A stretch of DNA of 64,000 bases. Origin: an uncultured Actinomycetota bacterium. GTDB lineage: Bacteria > Actinomycetota > Actinomycetes > Mycobacteriales > Mycobacteriaceae. Location: the NCBI GenBank assembly GCA_963796185.1, contig CAWCKQ010000011.1, positions 26,765 to 90,764 on the forward strand, given 5' to 3'. Under the pieces are notes generated by a model, which saw nothing but the letters and a program-made list of their open reading frames with translations, had not been told where the DNA came from and made no database searches. Shown piece after piece: positions 33,753 to 46,009 of this stretch (the first letter of the stretch is position 1; each line of letters begins with the position of its first letter). Both the position numbers and the translations under genes were made by a program.

Positions 33753-35089
33753 GTGAGCGGTCCCTCAGACTCCCGGCGACGAGGTCGTCGACATCGTCAG
33801 CGCACTCATCCGCTTCGACACCTCCAACACCGGTGACCCGGCGACCACCAAGGGGGAGGCCGAGTGCGCCCGCTGGGTGGCCGACCAGCTGGCGGAGGTC
33901 GGCTTCACCTGCGAGTACATCGAGGCCGGCGCGCCGGGCCGGGCGAACGTGTTCGCCCGCCTCGAGGGGGCCGACCGGTCCCGCGGCGCGCTGATGCTGC
34001 ACGGTCACCTCGACGTGGTGCCGGCCGAGGCGTCGGATTGGAGCGTGCACCCGTTCTCCGGTGCCGTCGAGGACGGCTACGTGTGGGGCCGCGGCGCCGT
34101 GGACATGAAGGACATGGTCGGGATGATCGTGGCGGTCGCCCGCCACTTCAAACGATCGGGCATCGTGCCACCGCGCGACCTGGTGTTCGCATTCGTCTCC
34201 GACGAGGAGGCCGGCGGCAACTACGGCTGCAAGTGGCTGGTGGAGAACCGGCCCGACCTGTTCGAGGGGGTCACCGAGGCCGTCGGTGAGGTGGGCGGCT
34301 TCTCGCTGACCGTGCCGCGGCGCGACGGCGGCGAGCGCCGGCTGTACCTGATCGAGACCGCCGAGAAGGCGATGATGTGGATGCGGCTGACCGCCCGCGG
34401 CCGCGCCGGTCACGGCTCGATGGTGCACGACGACAACGCCGTCACCGCGGTCGCCGAAGCCGTCGCCAAGCTGGGCCGCCACCAGTTCCCGATCGTGCTG
34501 ACCGAATCGGTGGAGCAGTTCCTCGCCGCGGTGAGCGAGGAGACCGGCTACAGCTTCGATCCCACCTCGCCCGACATCGACGGCGCGGTCGCCAAGTTGG
34601 GTTCGATCGCCAAGATCGTCGGGGCGACGCTGCGCGACACGGCCAACCCGACCATGCTCAAGGCGGGCTACAAGGCCAACGTCATTCCCGGCACCGCCGA
34701 GGCGGTGGTCGACTGCCGCGTGTTGCCGGGCCGGCTAGCCGAATTCGAGCGCGAGGTCGACGAACTGATCGGCCCCCACGTGGCACGCGAGTGGATCACC
34801 GAGCTGCCCTCGTATGAGACCCCGTTCGACGGTGAGCTGCTCGACGCGATGAACGGCGCGATCCTGGCCACCGACCCCGAGGCCCGCACCGTGCCCTACA
34901 TGCTCTCCGGCGGCACCGATGCAAAGCACTTCGCGCGCTTGGGTATTCGCTGTTTCGGGTTCGCGCCGCTGCGGCTGCCGCCCGAACTGGACTTCGCCGC
35001 GTTGTTCCACGGCGTCGACGAACGGGTACCCGTGGACGCGTTGACGTTCGGCGCGCAGGTCCTCGAACACTTCCTGCTGCACTCGCTGA
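33753..35089 (+). CDS. M20/M25/M40 family metallohydrolase (Rv2141c-like)
   Basis: [34 protein letters not shown]; frameshifts at both ends. Confidence 0.92.
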
Positions 35090-35114
35090 CAACCGACCGA
35101 AAGGATGGCTGCTG

Positions 35115-35647
35115 ATGGCCTTCGACTACGACCCCTACTCGTTCCTGCCAGAACTGCCCACGTTCACGCTGACCTCCGAATCGATCACCGACGGGCAGCC
35201 GCTGGCCAACGACCAGGTCAGCGGCATCATGGGCGCCGGGGGCTCCGACGTCTCGCCGCAACTGAGCTGGTCGGGCTTCCCCGAGGAGACCCGCAGTTTC
35301 GCCGTCACGATGTACGACCCGGACGCGCCGACGGCCTCGGGATTCTGGCACTGGGCGGTGTTCAACCTGCCCGCCACGGTCACCGACCTGCCCGCCGGCG
35401 CCGGCGACGGCAGCAGCCAGGGCTTTCCCGGTGACGCCGTCACGCTGGCCAACGACGCCGGTCTCAAGCGGTTCATCGGCGCCGCACCGCCGCCCGGGCA
35501 CGGGCCGCACCGCTACATCGTCGCCGTGCACGCCGTCGACGTGGAGAAGCTCGACGTGCCGGCCGACGCCACGCCGGCCTACCTGGGTTTCAACCTGTTC
35601 AGCCACGCGATCGCCCGCGCGCTGATCACCGGCACCCACGAGCAGAA

Positions 35648-35651
<4 letters not shown>
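35115..35651 (+). CDS. YbhB/YbcL Raf kinase inhibitor-like protein
   Basis: [27 protein letters not shown]. Confidence 0.93.
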
Positions 35652-36711
<1,060 letters not shown>

Positions 36712-36721
36712 CGACGCCTCG

Positions 36722-36985
36722 TCACAGCGCCGGCTGATCGGGCGCCGGCGGAGCGTCGGCGCGCTTCTTGCGGCGCAGCAGCACGCGCCGGCTGCCGTCG
36801 GTGTACAACCGCACCCGCGTCAGCTCCCAGCCGCGGTACTCCGCCTCGATCGACAGCCGCACCGACGCGCTGACCCGGGTCACCTCCGGCGGCAGCCGCA
36901 GCGGGATCCACTCGTATTCGCCCTGGTCCTCGGCGACCGCCTGGCTCCAGGCGGCCGGCATCCGGGCGCGTGGCCCGACGCTCAC
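36722..36985 (-). CDS. DUF5703 family protein
   Basis: [25 protein letters not shown]. Confidence 0.85.
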   Translation of the reverse strand: MSVGPRARMPAAWSQAVAEDQGEYEWIPLRLPPEVTRVSASVRLSIEAEYRGWELTRVRLYTDGSRRVLLRRKKRADAPPAPDQPAL

Positions 36986-38040
36986 GGCGCCGCTCCCGCG
37001 ATCACCTGGACGCCCTTGCCGGCGCCGGACACCACGTAAAGGGTGTTCGACGCGTCGTCGAAGGCCAGGGTGTTCGGTTGCTGCACGGTTCGATATCGCA
37101 CTTTCTCGACGGGAATCCCGGTCGCCAGATCGTAACCAACGACGGTGTTGGTCGCCGTCTGGGCAACCCACGCCAGCCCGGATCGATTCCCGGGCCCCGC
37201 GGTCAGTCCGTACGGCGCGTCCGGCACCGGATAGCGCTGGCGCAGCATGAGCGGGTCGACGCCGTAGACCAGCAGCTCGCCGCCCCGGGTGTCGGCGACC
37301 AGCACCCGGCCCGCCGCGTCGGCGGCCATCGTCGTGGCGCCCTCACCGGCCCGCAGGGCATGCTCGGCGCTGGTGCCGTCGGCGCTGAGACTGGTCACCG
37401 ACGTCTGGCCGCGGTCCAGCACCACGGCGGTGTCGCCCTGGGTGACAACGGCGTCCACCCGGGCGAAGATCGTCAACTCGGCGCCGACGGCGGTGTCGGA
37501 GGACAGCGTGTACACGGTGCCGTCGGCGCTGCCGAGCACCAGTCGGCCGTCAGCGCGCCGCGCGATCGCGGTGAACTCGACGCCGTCGTGGCCGTCGACG
37601 CCGAACCGCGACGCCGTGCGCGTCGCGATGTCGAAGCGGAAGTACCCGCCGCGCGTCGACAACGCCACCCGGCCCGCACCGTCCGCGGTCATCGCCGTCG
37701 CGCCGCCGGCCAGCTCCACCGGTGTCGTCGTGCCGTCGGCGGAGAGCACGCTCACCGTCGACCGGTCGGGCGTGCCGGGCGACAGTACGACCAGCGAGCT
37801 GGTCGCGGCGTCGTACACCGCGGCTGCGGCGTTGCCGGCCAGTGGCCGTACCCGGCCGGGCGGTGGCGTGCTCACCGGGGGAGAGTCGGCGGCCTGCGCC
37901 GGCGCGACGGTGGGTGGCGGTGCGTCCGTCGGATTCGACGGAACACGCCGCGACCAGCGCGATTGCCAGCGCAGCAGCGGAACGGCGAACCAGCTGAGAA
38001 CGCGGGTTTGAAGTGCGCGGCAAGGGGTAGCTCTCGGTCG
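36982..38040 (-). CDS. lppL: LppL-like beta-propeller lipoprotein (frameshifted; start approximate)
   Basis: Lipobox LVAACS; DRGQTSV, LRAGEGAT, GYDLATGIP; synteny with pyrD. Confidence 0.75.
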   Translation of the reverse strand, partial: RPRATPCRALQTRVLSWFAVPLLRWQSRWSRRVPSNPTDAPPPTVAPAQAADSPPVSTPPPGRVRPLAGNAAAAVYDAATSSLVVLSPGTPDRSTVSVLSADGTTTPVELAGGATAMTADGAGRVALSTRGGYFRFDIATRTASRFGVDGHDGVEFTAIARRADGRLVLGSADGTVYTLSSDTAVGAELTIFARVDAVVTQGDTAVVLDRGQTSVTSLSADGTSAEHALRAGEGATTMAADAAGRVLVADTRGGELLVYGVDPLMLRQRYPVPDAPYGLTAGPGNRSGLAWVAQTATNTVVGYDLATGIPVEKVRYRTVQQPNTLAFDDASNTLYVVSGAGKGVQVIAGAAP

Positions 38041-38143
38041 TGCGGCCAGATCTTGATCGAACAGTCAGTGTATGCAAAGCCGTTATTCAGCATCGGCGCC
38101 ATCTGAGACGCCGGTGCGCGGTGGCGGAGGTATGGTACAGACC

Positions 38144-38455
38144 ATGACCCTCGCGACGGACCGCGGCGTGACCGGGCAGGGCTTCGCGGTCGAGGACATC
38201 ACCACCGGGGTACACGCCAGTGGGTTCGGGCAGGTCGGAGATGGTCGTAGCTTCTCGTTCCACATCGAACGCCAGGCGTTGGTGGTGGAGGTCTACCGGC
38301 CGCGGCTCAGCGGCCCGGTCCCGCAGAGCGAGGACGTCGTGGCCACCGCCAGCCGCAAGCTCACCGACATCGATCTCAGCGATGAGCGCAGCATGACCGC
38401 TGCTGTGCGGGACGCCGTCGCCGAGGCGCAGCCGGTACCGCGGAACAGCCGCTGA
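38144..38455 (+). CDS. conserved hypothetical protein
   Basis: [21 protein letters not shown]; TATGGT 7 nt upstream suggests a leaderless start. Confidence 0.7.
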   Translation: MTLATDRGVTGQGFAVEDITTGVHASGFGQVGDGRSFSFHIERQALVVEVYRPRLSGPVPQSEDVVATASRKLTDIDLSDERSMTAAVRDAVAEAQPVPRNSR

Positions 38456-38481
38456 CAGGACCGCACGGTACGGTCGTCGTC

Positions 38482-39330
38482 GTGACGGACGTGCCTGCGA
38501 TGTCGTGGCTGCAGGTGGTGGTCCTGTCAGTTCTGCAGGGCCTCACCGAATTCCTGCCCGTGTCGTCGTCGGGCCATCTGGCGATCGCGTCGCGGGTGTT
38601 CTTCGACGACGACGCCGGCGCCTCGTTCACCGCGGTGAGTCAGCTGGGCACCGAGGCGGCCGTACTGGTCTACTTCGCCCGCGACATCGCACGGATCGTC
38701 AAGGCCTGGTTCAACGGGCTTTTCGTGGCCGCGCACCGCAGCAGTGATTACTGGCTGGGCTGGTGGGTGATCATCGGCACCATCCCGATCGGGGTGGTCG
38801 GGCTGCTGTTCAAAGACCAGATCCGCACCGGCGCACGCAATCTGTGGCTGGTGGCCGTCGCACTGATCGTCTTCTCCCTGGTGATCGCCGCAGCCGAGCA
38901 CTACGGCAGGCAGAGCCGCCACGTCGAACAGCTGACCTGGCGCGACGCCGTCACCGTCGGGGTGTCGCAGTGCCTGGCGCTGGTTCCGGGCGTGTCGCGG
39001 TCGGGTGCCACGATCAGCGCCGGCCTGTTCCTCGGGCTGGACCGCGAGCTGGCGGCGCGCTTCGGCTTCCTGCTCGCCATTCCCGCGGTCTTCGCCTCCG
39101 GTCTCTTCTCGCTGCCCGACGCGTTCGCGCCGGTCGGTGAGGGCATGAGCGCGACCGGACCGCAACTGCTGGTCTCCACCGTGATCGCCTTCGTCGTCGG
39201 CTTGGCCGCGGTGGCGTGGTTCCTGCGGTTCCTGGTGCGCCACAGCATGTACTGGTTCGTCGGCTATCGGGTGATCCTCGGCACGGTGGTGCTGATCCTG
39301 CTCGGCACCGGGGTGGTGGCCGCGACATGA
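38482..39330 (+). CDS. uppP: undecaprenyl-diphosphate phosphatase
   Basis: [25 protein letters not shown]. Confidence 0.96.
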   Translation: MTDVPAMSWLQVVVLSVLQGLTEFLPVSSSGHLAIASRVFFDDDAGASFTAVSQLGTEAAVLVYFARDIARIVKAWFNGLFVAAHRSSDYWLGWWVIIGTIPIGVVGLLFKDQIRTGARNLWLVAVALIVFSLVIAAAEHYGRQSRHVEQLTWRDAVTVGVSQCLALVPGVSRSGATISAGLFLGLDRELAARFGFLLAIPAVFASGLFSLPDAFAPVGEGMSATGPQLLVSTVIAFVVGLAAVAWFLRFLVRHSMYWFVGYRVILGTVVLILLGTGVVAAT

Positions 39331-39429
39331 CCGACGAGCGCTTGCGCGAGGAGACGACATGACCGACGAGCGCTTGCGCGAGGAGACGACATGACCGACG
39401 AGCGCTTGCGCGAGGAGACGACATGACCG
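39323..39429 (+). repeat. MIRU-like tandem repeat, three identical 32-bp units
   Basis: ATGACCGACGAGCGCTTGCGCGAGGAGACGAC at 39327, 39359 and 39391; each unit encodes [11 protein letters not shown] with ATGA overlaps. Confidence 0.95.
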
Positions 39430-40126
39430 TCCTGCTGCTGCGCCACGGTCGTTCGACGTCCAACACCGCCCACACCCTGGCCGGCCGCTCCGAGGGGGTC
39501 GACCTCGACGACCGGGGTCGCGAACAGGCCGGGGCGCTCGTCGAGCGGATCGGCTCGCTGCCGATCCGCGCGATCGTGCGCAGCCCGCTGCTGCGCTGCG
39601 GGCGAACCGTCGAGCCGCTGGCCGCGGCGCTCGGCCTGGAGCCGGTGATCGACGACCGGATCGCCGAGGTCGACTACGGATCGTGGACCGGCCGCAAGAT
39701 CGGCGAGCTGGTCAAGGAGCCGCTGTGGGCGGTGGTGCAGCAACAGCCCAGCGCCGCGGTGTTCCCCGACGGCGAGGGCCTGGCCGCGGTGCAGGCCAGG
39801 GCGGTGTCCGCCGTGCGCGAACACGACCGCCGGCTCGCCGAAGAGCACGGCGGGGACGCGCTGTGGATCGCGTGCACCCACGGTGACGTCATCAAGGCGG
39901 TGCTCGCCGACGCGCTCGGCTCCCACCTGGACAGCTTCCAGCGCATCAACGCCGACCCAGCGTCGGTCAGCGTCGTCCGCTACACGGCTGTGCGGCCCGT
40001 TCGTGATCCACGTCAATCACACCGGCCCGGCGCTGAACTCCGCGCTGATCGCCCCGGCCGCCGCCCGAGAAGACGGCGACGAGCGTGCCCACCGGTGACG
40101 CCGTGGTCGGCGGTTCTGCCGGGTGA
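39423..40126 (+). CDS. histidine phosphatase/phosphomutase, MSMEG_4193 family (frameshifted)
   Basis: LLRHGRS, SPLLRC, EVDYGSWTG, THGDVIK. Confidence 0.9.
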
Positions 40127-40153
40127 GCCGCGCACGGTATTTTGGACAGTGTC

Positions 40154-40741
40154 ATGTCCCGTGAAATCCACGTCTTCCGCACTCCCGACCGCTTCGTGGC
40201 CGGGACGGTCGGTCAACCGGGCAATCGAACGTTCTATCTGCAGGCCGTGCACGACACCCGGGTGGTGTCGGTGATCCTGGAGAAGCAGCAAGTTGCCGTG
40301 CTCGCCGAACGGATCGCCGCGCTGCTGCTCGAGATCAACCGCCGGTTCGGCACGCCGATCCCGCCGGATACCGGCGAGGTCGAGGACCTGAGCCCGCTGA
40401 TCACCCCCGTCGACGCCGAATTCCGCGTCGGGACCATGGGCCTGGGCTGGGATTCCGAGGCGCAGACGGTGGTCGTGGAGCTTTTGGCCGTGTCCGACAC
40501 CGAGTTCGACGCTTCGGTGGTCCTCGACGACGCGGAGGACGGCCCGGACGCGGTCCGGGTGTTCCTCACGCCCGAGTCGGCCCGCCAGTTCGCGACGCGG
40601 TCCAACCGGGTGATCTCCGCGGGCCGCCCGCCCTGCCCGCTGTGCGACGAACCACTCGACCCCGAGGGCCACATCTGCGTCCGCACCAACGGCTACCGGC
40701 GCGGTGCGCTGGGCGGGTCCGACGATGACGACGACCTCTGA
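40154..40741 (+). CDS. DUF3090 family protein with C-terminal CxxC...HxC
   Basis: GTVGQPGNRTFYLQA, LEKQQV, AGRPPCPLC..DPEGHIC.RTNG. Confidence 0.88.
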   Translation: MSREIHVFRTPDRFVAGTVGQPGNRTFYLQAVHDTRVVSVILEKQQVAVLAERIAALLLEINRRFGTPIPPDTGEVEDLSPLITPVDAEFRVGTMGLGWDSEAQTVVVELLAVSDTEFDASVVLDDAEDGPDAVRVFLTPESARQFATRSNRVISAGRPPCPLCDEPLDPEGHICVRTNGYRRGALGGSDDDDDL

Positions 40742-41531
40742 GGTCCTCGAGCGGGGTGAGCTGACCGTCATCGGACGGATCCGGTCTGCGAGCAACGCGA
40801 CGTTCCTGTGCGAGGCGACACTCGGCGAGCGGATCGCGCACTGCGTCTACAAGCCCATCCGGGGTGAGGCGCCGCTGTGGGACTTCCCCGACGGCACGCT
40901 GGCCGGCCGCGAACGGGCATCCTATCTGGTGTCTGCCGCGCTGGGCTGGGACCTCGTGCCGCACACCATTATTCGGGACGGGCCGGCGGGTCCGGGCATG
41001 CTGCAGCGCTGGGTCGACCAGCCCGATGACGACGCCGACGGTAGCGCCGATACCGGACCCGATCTGGTGGACCTGCTGCCGGCCGGCAAGGTCCCGGCCG
41101 GTTTCCTGCCGGTGCTGCAGGCCTACGACTACGCCGGTGACGAGGTCACCCTGGTGCACGCCGACGACGAACGGCTGCGCCGACTGGCGGTGTTCGACGT
41201 GCTGATCAACAACGCCGACCGCAAGGGCGGCCACGTGCTGGCCGGCGTGGACGGGCGGGTTTACGGGGTCGATCACGGCGTCACGCTGCACGTCGAGGAC
41301 AAACTGCGCACGGTGCTGTGGGGCTGGGCGGGCAAACCCGTCGACGACGACACACTGACCGACGTCGCCGAACTCGGCGAGGCGCTCGCGAGTGGACTCG
41401 GCGCCGAGCTGCGCTGTCACCTCACCGTCCGCGAAGTGGCTGCGCTGCGGGCCAGAATCGTTGCCCTGCTGCGCAATCCGGTGATGCCGACACCCGACCG
41501 TCGCCGCCCGATACCGTGGCCGGCGTTCTGA
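40725..41531 (+). CDS. SCO1664 family protein (PI3/4-kinase- or HipA-like fold)
   Basis: ASNAT, YKPIRGE, RERASY, DVLINNADRKGGH, GVDHG; ends IPWPAF. Confidence 0.88.
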   Translation: MTTTSEVLERGELTVIGRIRSASNATFLCEATLGERIAHCVYKPIRGEAPLWDFPDGTLAGRERASYLVSAALGWDLVPHTIIRDGPAGPGMLQRWVDQPDDDADGSADTGPDLVDLLPAGKVPAGFLPVLQAYDYAGDEVTLVHADDERLRRLAVFDVLINNADRKGGHVLAGVDGRVYGVDHGVTLHVEDKLRTVLWGWAGKPVDDDTLTDVAELGEALASGLGAELRCHLTVREVAALRARIVALLRNPVMPTPDRRRPIPWPAF

Positions 41532-41548
41532 CGTGGTCTACTGACCCG

Positions 41549-42317
41549 GTGACTCTCACCGATGCAGCGCTGGCCGCCGACGGTCGCCGCAGAAGCCGGT
41601 GAGCTGCTGCTGGCCATGCGCGAGCAGCTCGGCTTCTACGACCCCTACGAGCTCGGCGACGCCGGCGACAAGCGGGCCAACACGCTGATCCTGGACCGGC
41701 TGCACCGTGCGCGTCCGCACGATGCGGTGCTGTCGGAGGAGGCCGTCGACGACGTGTCCCGCGTCGACGCCGACCGGGTGTGGATCGTCGACCCCGTCGA
41801 CGGCACCCACGAGTACTCGATGCCCGGACGCGCCGACTGGGCGGTGCACATCGCGCTCTGGCAACGCTCCGACGGCGGGCACGGGGGAGCGATCACCGAC
41901 GCCGCTGTCGCGCTGCCGGCCCGCGGCGAGGTGTACCGCACCGACACCGTGGCGCCGCCCCCGCCGCGCACCGAGGGGCCCATCCGGATCACCGCCAGCG
42001 CCAGCCGACCGCCCGCGGTGCTCTGGCGGCTGCGTGAGCAACTCGACATCCAACTGGTCCGCATCGGTTCGGCGGGCGCCAAGGCGATGGCGGTGGTCCG
42101 CGGCGACGTCGACGCCTACCTGCACGCGGGTGGGCAGTGGGAGTGGGATTCGGCGGCCCCGGCCGGGGTGCTGTGGGCCGCGGGCATGCACGCATCGCGA
42201 CTCGACGGCTCGCCGCTGATCTACAACCGCCGCGATCCCTACCTGCCCGACCTGCTGATGTGCCGCCCGGAGCTGGCCGGCGTGCTGCTGGAGGGCATCT
42301 GGTCGGCGTACCGGTGA
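41549..42317 (+). CDS. cysQ: 3'(2'),5'-bisphosphate nucleotidase (inositol monophosphatase family)
   Basis: [28 protein letters not shown]. Confidence 0.92.
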
Positions 42318-42383
42318 CCGGGGGCGGCGGGAATCAAACGGCCCTCGACGTTGTCCCACCCGGGGATGTCTAGAGTCGATGCC

Positions 42384-43642
42384 ATGAATTCCTGGTCGGC
42401 GCCGAGCGTTCCGGTGCTGCCTGGGCGCGGTCCGCAACTGCGGCTCTACGACAGTGCCGACCGGCAGGTCAGGCCCGTCAGCCCCGGAGTCACCGCCACG
42501 ATGTACGTCTGCGGGATCACCCCCTATGACGCCACCCACCTCGGTCACGCCGCCACCTACCTGACGTTCGACCTGGTGCACCGGGTCTGGCGGGACGCCG
42601 GCCACGAGGTGCACTACGTGCAGAACATCACCGATGTCGACGATCCGCTGTTCGAACGCGCGCAGCGCGACGGTATCGGCTGGCGCGAGCTCGCCGACCG
42701 CGAAACCGACCTGTTCCGCGAGGACATGGCCGCGCTGCGGGTGCTGCCGCCTCACGACTACGTGGCGGCCACCGAGGCCGTGGCCGAGGTCGTCGAGGTG
42801 GTGGAGAAGCTGCTGGCGTCCGGAGCGGCCTACGTGGTCGACGATCCGCAGTATCCCGACGTGTACTTCCGAGCCGATGCGACCGTGCAGTTCGGCTACG
42901 AATCCGGCTACGACCGCGACACCATGCTGGCGTTGTTCGCCGAGCGCGGCGGCGATCCCGACCGGCAGGGCAAGGGCGATCCGCTCGACGCGCTGCTGTG
43001 GCGCGCGCAGCGGCCCGGGGAGCCGAGCTGGCCGTCGCCGTTCGGCCCGGGCCGGCCCGGCTGGCATGTCGAGTGCTCGGCGATCGCGCTGAGCCGCATC
43101 GGCACCGGACTGGACATCCAGGGCGGCGGCAGCGACCTGATCTTCCCGCACCACGAGTTCTCCGCCGCCCACGCCGAATGTGTCACGGGGGAGCGGCGTT
43201 TCGCGCGCCACTACGTGCACTCGGGGATGATCGGCTGGGACGGGCACAAGATGAGCAAGAGCCGCGGCAACCTGGTGCTGGTGTCCCAGCTGCGCCGCGA
43301 CGGCATCGATCCGGCCGCCGTCCGGCTCGGGCTGTTCGCCGGGCACTACCGGGAGGATCGATTCTGGAGCGCGGCGGTGCTCGAGCGAGGCCCAGCACCG
43401 CCTGCACCGGTGGCGCAGTGCGACCGCGCTGGCCGGGGCACCCGACGCCGCCGACGTGGTGGCCCGGGTACGGCGCTATCTCGCCGACGATCTGGATACC
43501 CCGAAAGCGCTTGCCGCACTCGATGGTTGGGCGACCGACGCGCTGTCCTACGGCGGTCACGACGACACGCGCCGGACAGGCCGTCGCCGCGGCGGTCGAC
43601 GCGCTGCTGGGAATCGCGCTGCACGGCCCCGCTGTGGAGTAG
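42384..43642 (+). CDS. mshC: cysteine:GlcN-Ins ligase (mycothiol synthesis; frameshifted)
   Basis: [35 protein letters not shown]; TAGAGT 7 nt upstream suggests a leaderless start. Confidence 0.95.
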
Positions 43643-43651
43643 GTTGCGGCT

Positions 43652-44542
43652 GTGAGTGCAGCGGGGTCGGTGGCCGGTAAGACAGTGTTCATCACAGGTG
43701 GCGCGCGCGGCGTCGGCGCCGAGGTGGCGCGCCGACTGCACGCGAAAGGGGCCCGGCTCGCGCTGACCGACCTCGACGAGGCCCCGCTCGCCGCACTGGC
43801 CGACGAGTTGGGCGCCGAGCGCGTGCACACCGAGATCGCCGACGTGCGCAGCCTCGCCGAGATGGAGACCGCGGCCGGCCACGCCATCGAGCGGTTCGGC
43901 GGCATCGACATCGTGCTGGCCAACGCCGGGATCGCCTCCTACGGCTCGGTACTGCAGGTCGATCCGGAGGCGTTCCGGACTCTGATGGACGTCAACGTCA
44001 CCGGCGTCTTCCACACCGTGCGCGCGACACTGCCCTCGGTGCTCGACCGGCGCGGGTACGTGCTGATCGTGTCCTCGCTGGCCGCCTACGCGGCCGCGCC
44101 CGGCCTGGCCCCGTACAACGCCGTCCAAGGCCGCCGTCGAGCATTTCGCCAACGCGCTTCGCCTCGAGGTCGTCTCATCGCGGAGTCGACGTCGGGTCGG
44201 CGCACATGTCCTGGATCGACACCCCGCTGGTGCAGGACGTCAAGGCGGACCTGTCGACGTTCCGCGAGATGCTGAGCCGGCTGCCCGTTCCCGCTCAATC
44301 GGACGACGTCGGTGCAGGAGTGCGGTGAGGCGTTCGTCGCCGGCATCGAGGGCCGCAAGCGGCAGATCAACTGCCCGGGCTGGGTCGGTGTCCTGCGCTG
44401 GCTCAAGCCGCTGCTGTCCACTCCGCTCGGGGAGCAGCCCGTCCGCAACTTCGTGCCCGACCTGCTGCCGAGGATGGACGCCGAAGTCGCCGCGCTCGGC
44501 CGGTCGATGGGCGCGCGCACCAGAGATCTGGAGCAGCGGTGA
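43652..44542 (+). CDS. SDR family oxidoreductase (frameshifted)
   Basis: [13 protein letters not shown]...YNASK-like catalytic motif. Confidence 0.9.
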
Positions 44543-45999
44543 TCCGCCGGCTCGTCTGCGCGGTGGCCGCGCTGAGCCTGCTCGCCGGCTGCAGTGGCCG
44601 ACCTGCCGAGCCGGCACCGGCCCCGTCGGACGTCGACGTCGAGCCGCGTCGACCGGCGACGCCGGCGGCGGACCCCGTCAGCCCCCAGGAGGCGCGCGTG
44701 ATCGCCAAGCAGGCCTACATCTACGGCTTCCCGATGGTCGACAACTACCGGGTGCAGTACACCTACTTCGTCGACAAGCGCGATCCGCAGTACAAGGGCG
44801 GCTGGAACGAGGTGCACAACACCGCGCAGGTGTTCACCCCGGCCGACACCGCGATCCAGACCCCCAACTCGGACACCCCGTATTCGATGGTCGGCGCCGA
44901 CCTGCGCACCGAGCCGCTGGTGTTCACCGTCCCGCCGATCCAGCAGGACCGGTACTACTCGCTGCAGTTCGTCGACGGGTACACCGCCAACTTCGCCTAC
45001 CTCGGGAGCCGCACCACCGGCAACGGCGGCGGCAGGTACCTGCTGGCCGGCCCGGGCTGGAACGGTGCGAAGCCCGCCGGCATCGACGAGGTCATCCGGT
45101 CGGACACCGACCTGGCCATGGTGCTGTACCGCACCCAGCTGTTCGGACCCTCCGACATCGACCAGGTCAAGAAGATCCAGGCCGGCTACCAGGTGGCGCC
45201 GCTGTCGGTGTTCCTCAACGAGCCCGCGCCCGCGCCCGCGCCGGCGATCGACTTCGTACCGCCGCTGACCGCCGATCAACAGCGCACCTCGCCGCAGTTC
45301 TTCGAGATCCTGAACTTCGCGCTGCGGTTCGCCCCGACACTGCCCGAGGAGAAGGAACTGCGGGATCGGTTCGCCAGCATCGGCGTCGGCCCGGACGGCG
45401 ACTTCGACAGCGACCAGCTCACGCCCGAGATGCGCAGCGCGATCGAGGGCGGCATGGCCGACGCCTGGGCGGAATTGGACGCATTGAAGAAGAACGAGAT
45501 CGACACCGGCAAGGTGGGCTCGGCCCAGTTCTTCGGCACCCGCGCCGACCTGGGCGGCAACTATCTGTACCGGATGGCCGGAGCGGTGTACGGCCTCTAC
45601 GGCAACACCGCTGCCGAGGCGATCTATCCGAGCTTCACCAACGACTCCACCGGGGCGCCGTTGACCGGGGCGAACAACTACACGTTCCACTTCCCGAAGG
45701 GCCAGCTGCCGCCGGTCAACGCGTTCTGGTCGCTGACCGCTTACGAGCTGCCGCAGAGCACGCTGGTGGCCAACCCGATCAACCGCTACCTGATCAACTC
45801 CGCGATGCTGCCGAGCCTGGTGCCCGACCCCGACGGGGGCTACACGTTCGTCATCCAGCACGACTCGCCTGGCCCTGGCCGGGAAGCGAACTGGCTGCCC
45901 GCGCCCGAAGGCCCGTTCTCGCTGGTCCTGCGGCTGTACTGGCCCAAGCCCGACGCGCTCAACGGCACCTGGAAACCGCCGCAGCCGCAGAAGGTCTAG
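44539..45999 (+). CDS. DUF1254/DUF1214 lipoprotein
   Basis: Lipobox LLAGC; AYIYGFPMV, TPNSDTPYS, FWSLTAY, NWLPAP, LRLYWP. Confidence 0.88.
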   Translation: MIRRLVCAVAALSLLAGCSGRPAEPAPAPSDVDVEPRRPATPAADPVSPQEARVIAKQAYIYGFPMVDNYRVQYTYFVDKRDPQYKGGWNEVHNTAQVFTPADTAIQTPNSDTPYSMVGADLRTEPLVFTVPPIQQDRYYSLQFVDGYTANFAYLGSRTTGNGGGRYLLAGPGWNGAKPAGIDEVIRSDTDLAMVLYRTQLFGPSDIDQVKKIQAGYQVAPLSVFLNEPAPAPAPAIDFVPPLTADQQRTSPQFFEILNFALRFAPTLPEEKELRDRFASIGVGPDGDFDSDQLTPEMRSAIEGGMADAWAELDALKKNEIDTGKVGSAQFFGTRADLGGNYLYRMAGAVYGLYGNTAAEAIYPSFTNDSTGAPLTGANNYTFHFPKGQLPPVNAFWSLTAYELPQSTLVANPINRYLINSAMLPSLVPDPDGGYTFVIQHDSPGPGREANWLPAPEGPFSLVLRLYWPKPDALNGTWKPPQPQKV

Positions 46000-46009
46000 C
46001 CTGGCGCTC

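Noticed and set aside
39323-39429. CRISPR array
   Set aside because: The 32-bp units abut with no spacers, and there are no cas genes
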